A DNA stretch of 64,000 nucleotides from Octopus sinensis (Eukaryota). The stretch covers positions 1,240,001 through 1,304,000 of the forward strand of contig NC_043005.1 in the NCBI RefSeq assembly GCF_006345805.1, in the 5' to 3' direction. The position numbers and the translations under genes were made by a program. The notes beneath the pieces were generated by a model. That model had not been told where the DNA came from. It made no database searches and saw only the letters and a list, made by a program, of their open reading frames with translations. Below, piece by piece: positions 60,472 to 64,000 of the stretch (positions are counted from its first letter, which is position 1; each line of letters opens with the position of its first letter).

Positions 60472-60472
<1 letters not shown>

Positions 60473-61589
60473 CACAACAGAAAAAGAATGAATGCTGATA
60501 CCCCCCCCCCCCATATTCCTGTTTGATGACTTTTAGTCATCTGCTGATGCATTAAAGAAAAGAAGTAGAAATCCTTCCTTTGTATTGTCCTCTATCTCTT
60601 AGACACAAATGCTATGGAAGAGATGAGCTATGTTTGCATCAACATCAGACAAGGCCTTAAACTACAAACCTTAACAAATGACCCTTCTCTGTCTTGATAA
60701 TATGACCTCTTGCACAGCACACAAGTGACCGAGTTCATTCACTTCCAATCACATTTGTTACATTTCATCTCTCTATTACCTTCTACCAACACAATTCCTG
60801 CGTTCCATCCCACATCTCACTTCCTCCTCCCCAACACTTTGTCAGCTACCTCACATCCTGCATCATCTTGCTTCCCTTTTTACTACTGCTATTTGTCCAG
60901 TAACAACATCCTATTCTAACGTTAGCCAACTCCCTGATAATTGAAGCTCTCTACATGGTTGTTTCAGCTGCTAACAATAATCAAATTTCACCCAAATATC
61001 ACACTACTGTACTGAAATAGAAGACACAGATAATAATTTTAGATATCCTTAAAAGACAGGAAAGTCATATCTGGAATATCTTTGACCAATGGTTTACTTG
61101 ATCAGGTTTAAACTACTCTTAAGAGCTTTGAGAAGTTTGCCAGGCATTTATCCGAATAGCTCCAAGAACAGAGATCGTCTCACTGGAGTGAACAATTGGT
61201 AAGATACTAGGCTTAATTGAGAGTTTTTCATTAAAAAGAAGTAATTAAACCTAGTACAGGTTCAGGTTGGTTGAGACGATAGTTGTCTCTTTCTATTCCA
61301 GGTGTGTTATGCAGTTGATATCCAAGGCCTAACAGAGCTTGAAGACACAGACAAATGCTATTACAATGAATGTGGTGCAATGAACAAATCTCCCAAATCC
61401 AAACAGTCCTCTGTTTCAATCAGAGGCACAAAAATTGAAATTGAGGGATGGTTAGTTATCAATTACATTGACTCTGGTGACCCAGAGAGATAAAAGATGA
61501 AGTTAAGCTCAGTGGGATCTGAAGCCAAATCACAAAGATTTGAAAGAAATATCAGTTTCAAATTCTGGCACAAGGCCAGCAGTTTCAGG

Positions 61590-61830
61590 GTGGGAATGGA
61601 TAAGTTGATTACATTGACCCCAGTACATGACCGGTACTTACCCCCCCCCCCCAAGGATGAAAGACAATGTTGACCTTAGTGGAATTTGAACTCAGAATAT
61701 AACGCTGCTAAGCATTTTATTGGCTGACAACGGTGATACTGAAAAGCAGAACATAATGACTTGCAATACGCCACAAAGCATTTTTGTATGATACTCTATC
61801 AATTCTGCCAATGCACCCCCTAATCTACAA
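61590..61830 (-). mobile_element. tRNA-derived SINE (family C), decayed
   Basis: aatgttgaccttagtggaatttgaactcagaa...gctaagcatttt...ctgccaa pattern; a related fragment lies at about 62090-62220. Confidence 0.55.
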
Positions 61831-62575
61831 TTATTGAAAGGCAAGGAACAATATTTCTTTTTGACAGAAAGCAATTTGTGTGAAGAGGAGCATAGATCAA
61901 TTGAATGAACCAAATCTGGTGTATTATAAGCACTGATTTTATTGACTTTAGAGTGGTATGAAAACAACTACTGTATAGAATTCTAACATAGAAACAACAA
62001 GCACCATATAAAAATACTTCAAGAGGAGCATGGAGAAGAAAAATAGTAGAATGCCAATATCAAATTGCTTAACTGTATCCAGTTGCATTTCAAATCCCAC
62101 AGGAGCTGACACTGTCATTCATCCCCCTTGGGTCAATAAGATAATAGTTGAGTACCAGTGAACTGAGACCAATTTAATGGTGTGCACCATAGCTGAGTCA
62201 ATCTGCAAATATTAGAAACCATTTTTGACTGAGAAGCCATGATAAGCTGAGAGTCTGCCAATGATGACAGTAGACAGAACAGTTCTCTACCATTTATGCC
62301 ATCAGCACATGTGTGCGTTTGGAATGGATGAAGCAGTTTGAAACCAAACAAAATTCAGCACAAAGGTTTATGTAGATTATTGAACAAAGCACATGAAAAA
62401 TACCGATACACATGATAAAGTGTGCATATCACACACCACATGCACAGTAATGCATAGATTTGCACTTGTGCATGTATACATGGATATGTGTGTAAGTAGA
62501 TACCCCCAACAACGATGCTATCTCTGATACCCCTTATTCTGCTTGTTTCCTAATTCCTGCCCCTCAAACTTCACA

Positions 62576-64000
62576 GCTCAGCATCGTCTATACCAACTCG
62601 TGCTCCTTATTTCCAAAGTTCAGCGAAATATTTACACTGGCCATGCATGATTCCCCAGATGTGATAGCTATCACCAAGACTTGGCTGACTCCAGCAGTAA
62701 AGGACTTGGAAATCCACCTACAGGGCAACGCCCTCTTCAGATGTGACAGAGAAAAAAGGCGAGGTGGAGGTGTTGCTGTGTATGTTAAATTTGATCTCAA
62801 ACCGTCCAACTGTATTCTACCCACTAATGCTCAACCTACAACAAAATTCGATGCCGTCTATTGCAAGCTGAGCATTTCTGGGTTTTGCCTGCCCGTGTTA
62901 GCTGTCTACAGGCCGCCTCTTGCCGACCCCCAGGACAATGCTCATTTACTCGAAGCGATAAGATTCGTTTCATCTTCTCATGAATGTTTGATATTAGGAG
63001 ACTTCAACGCTCCCATGATCGACTGGCCCGCATCAATTTGTACATCATCTTCCTGGTTCGGCCAGGCCCCTCTTGACGTGACTGAAGATTGTTTTCTATT
63101 GCAACATGTTGAATCTCCCGTCAAGGCATCGGTCTGGGCAGCAGCCATCTATGCTGGATCTGGTATTCTCCCGCTATCCAAGATCAGTATCAGGCTTATC
63201 TGTGCGCGCCCCTCTTGCCAAGAGTGATCATGCGGTCCTGAAGTTTGACATGCACACAACTTTTTCTACGCCCACAACTACTTCGCTACCACGTAGAGTC
63301 TTCTCTGCAATCAATCTTGAAATTCTAACCGAGGTTTCTGTGCTTCTGGACTGGCAATCCCTGATGACAATGTCCTCAGTTGACAAACTATGGTTGTCCC
63401 TCAAAGCATATGTAATCTGGTTGACTGACCGAGCAGTTCCCATTGGGCTTCCCAAGAAGAAGAAACACAAGCCCTGGGTGACGAAGAAGGTTAAATGAGA
63501 ACTTCGACTCAGAGATATTGCTTGGGCTGAATTCAAAAATCTAGATTCGACTGCAGCTTTTGAGGTGTACAAAACTCAACGAGACCAAGCCGTGAAAATT
63601 GAAAAGGAAGAACGCTTCAGATATGAATACAGAATCGCGGCAAACGCCAGTAGCAAACCAAAAACCTTCTTTGCCCATGTCCAACAGAATTCCCACTTGA
63701 ACAACCAAATTGCAACGTTGGTAGACTCAACAGGCATATCGATTGTGGACCCTTATCAGTAGAGTCAGTTATTTGCTGAGGCTTTTTCGACAATTTTCAA
63801 ACAAGATGATGGTCATGAACCCCCTCCATTTGATAGATTGGTACCTCCAATACCTAGATTGGTCATCACTTGGGACGAAGTCGAACGCATTATTCAAGGC
63901 CTCAATGTCAACAAGGGTCACGGCTCTGATGGCATACACCCACAGGTTATCAAAGCGTTGGCTCCAGTCATCTGCGAACCTTTAACACTTCTATTCAATA
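62576..64000 (+). mobile_element. CR1/L2/Jockey-group LINE ORF2 N-terminal part (APE endonuclease), runs off the window
   Basis: YTN..SL, PDVIAITKTWL, RCDR..RRGGGVAVYV, LILGDFNAP.IDW, LDLVF, SDH, KPWVT, SKPKTFFAH; one frameshift near 63120 and a few stops. Confidence 0.88.

Overview
This is AT-rich, repeat-dense eukaryotic genomic DNA. The SINE/LINE families look like those of octopus (cephalopod mollusc), which is an inference from repeat recognition. Almost the whole window is the 5' part of a minus-strand PTPN4/PTPN3-type gene (FERM-PDZ tyrosine phosphatase, Ptpmeg orthologue). I reconstructed six coding exons by hand (58569-58438, 37225-37112, 29877-29835, 22709-22634, 18044-17947, 2703-2583). 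All have GT-AG boundaries and compatible phases, and together they encode about 194 aa of the FERM domain; the gene continues beyond position 1. The introns (4.6-21 kb) hold RTE, R4/Dong-like and CR1-like LINEs, a Penelope-like (GIY-YIG) element, mariners, Helitrons, piggyBac- and hAT-like MITEs, tRNA-derived SINEs, a 5.4-kb array of a 47-bp satellite and a probable decayed mitochondrial 12S insertion. The most interesting signal is a set of minimal hammerhead-ribozyme folds of different sequence families inside these introns. One is a head-to-head pair with the compensatory U3-A8 core in a perfect 39-bp palindrome, and one is a canonical-core copy in the loop of a fold-back element. Most long ORFs in the supplied track are artefacts of repeats or antisense shadows.
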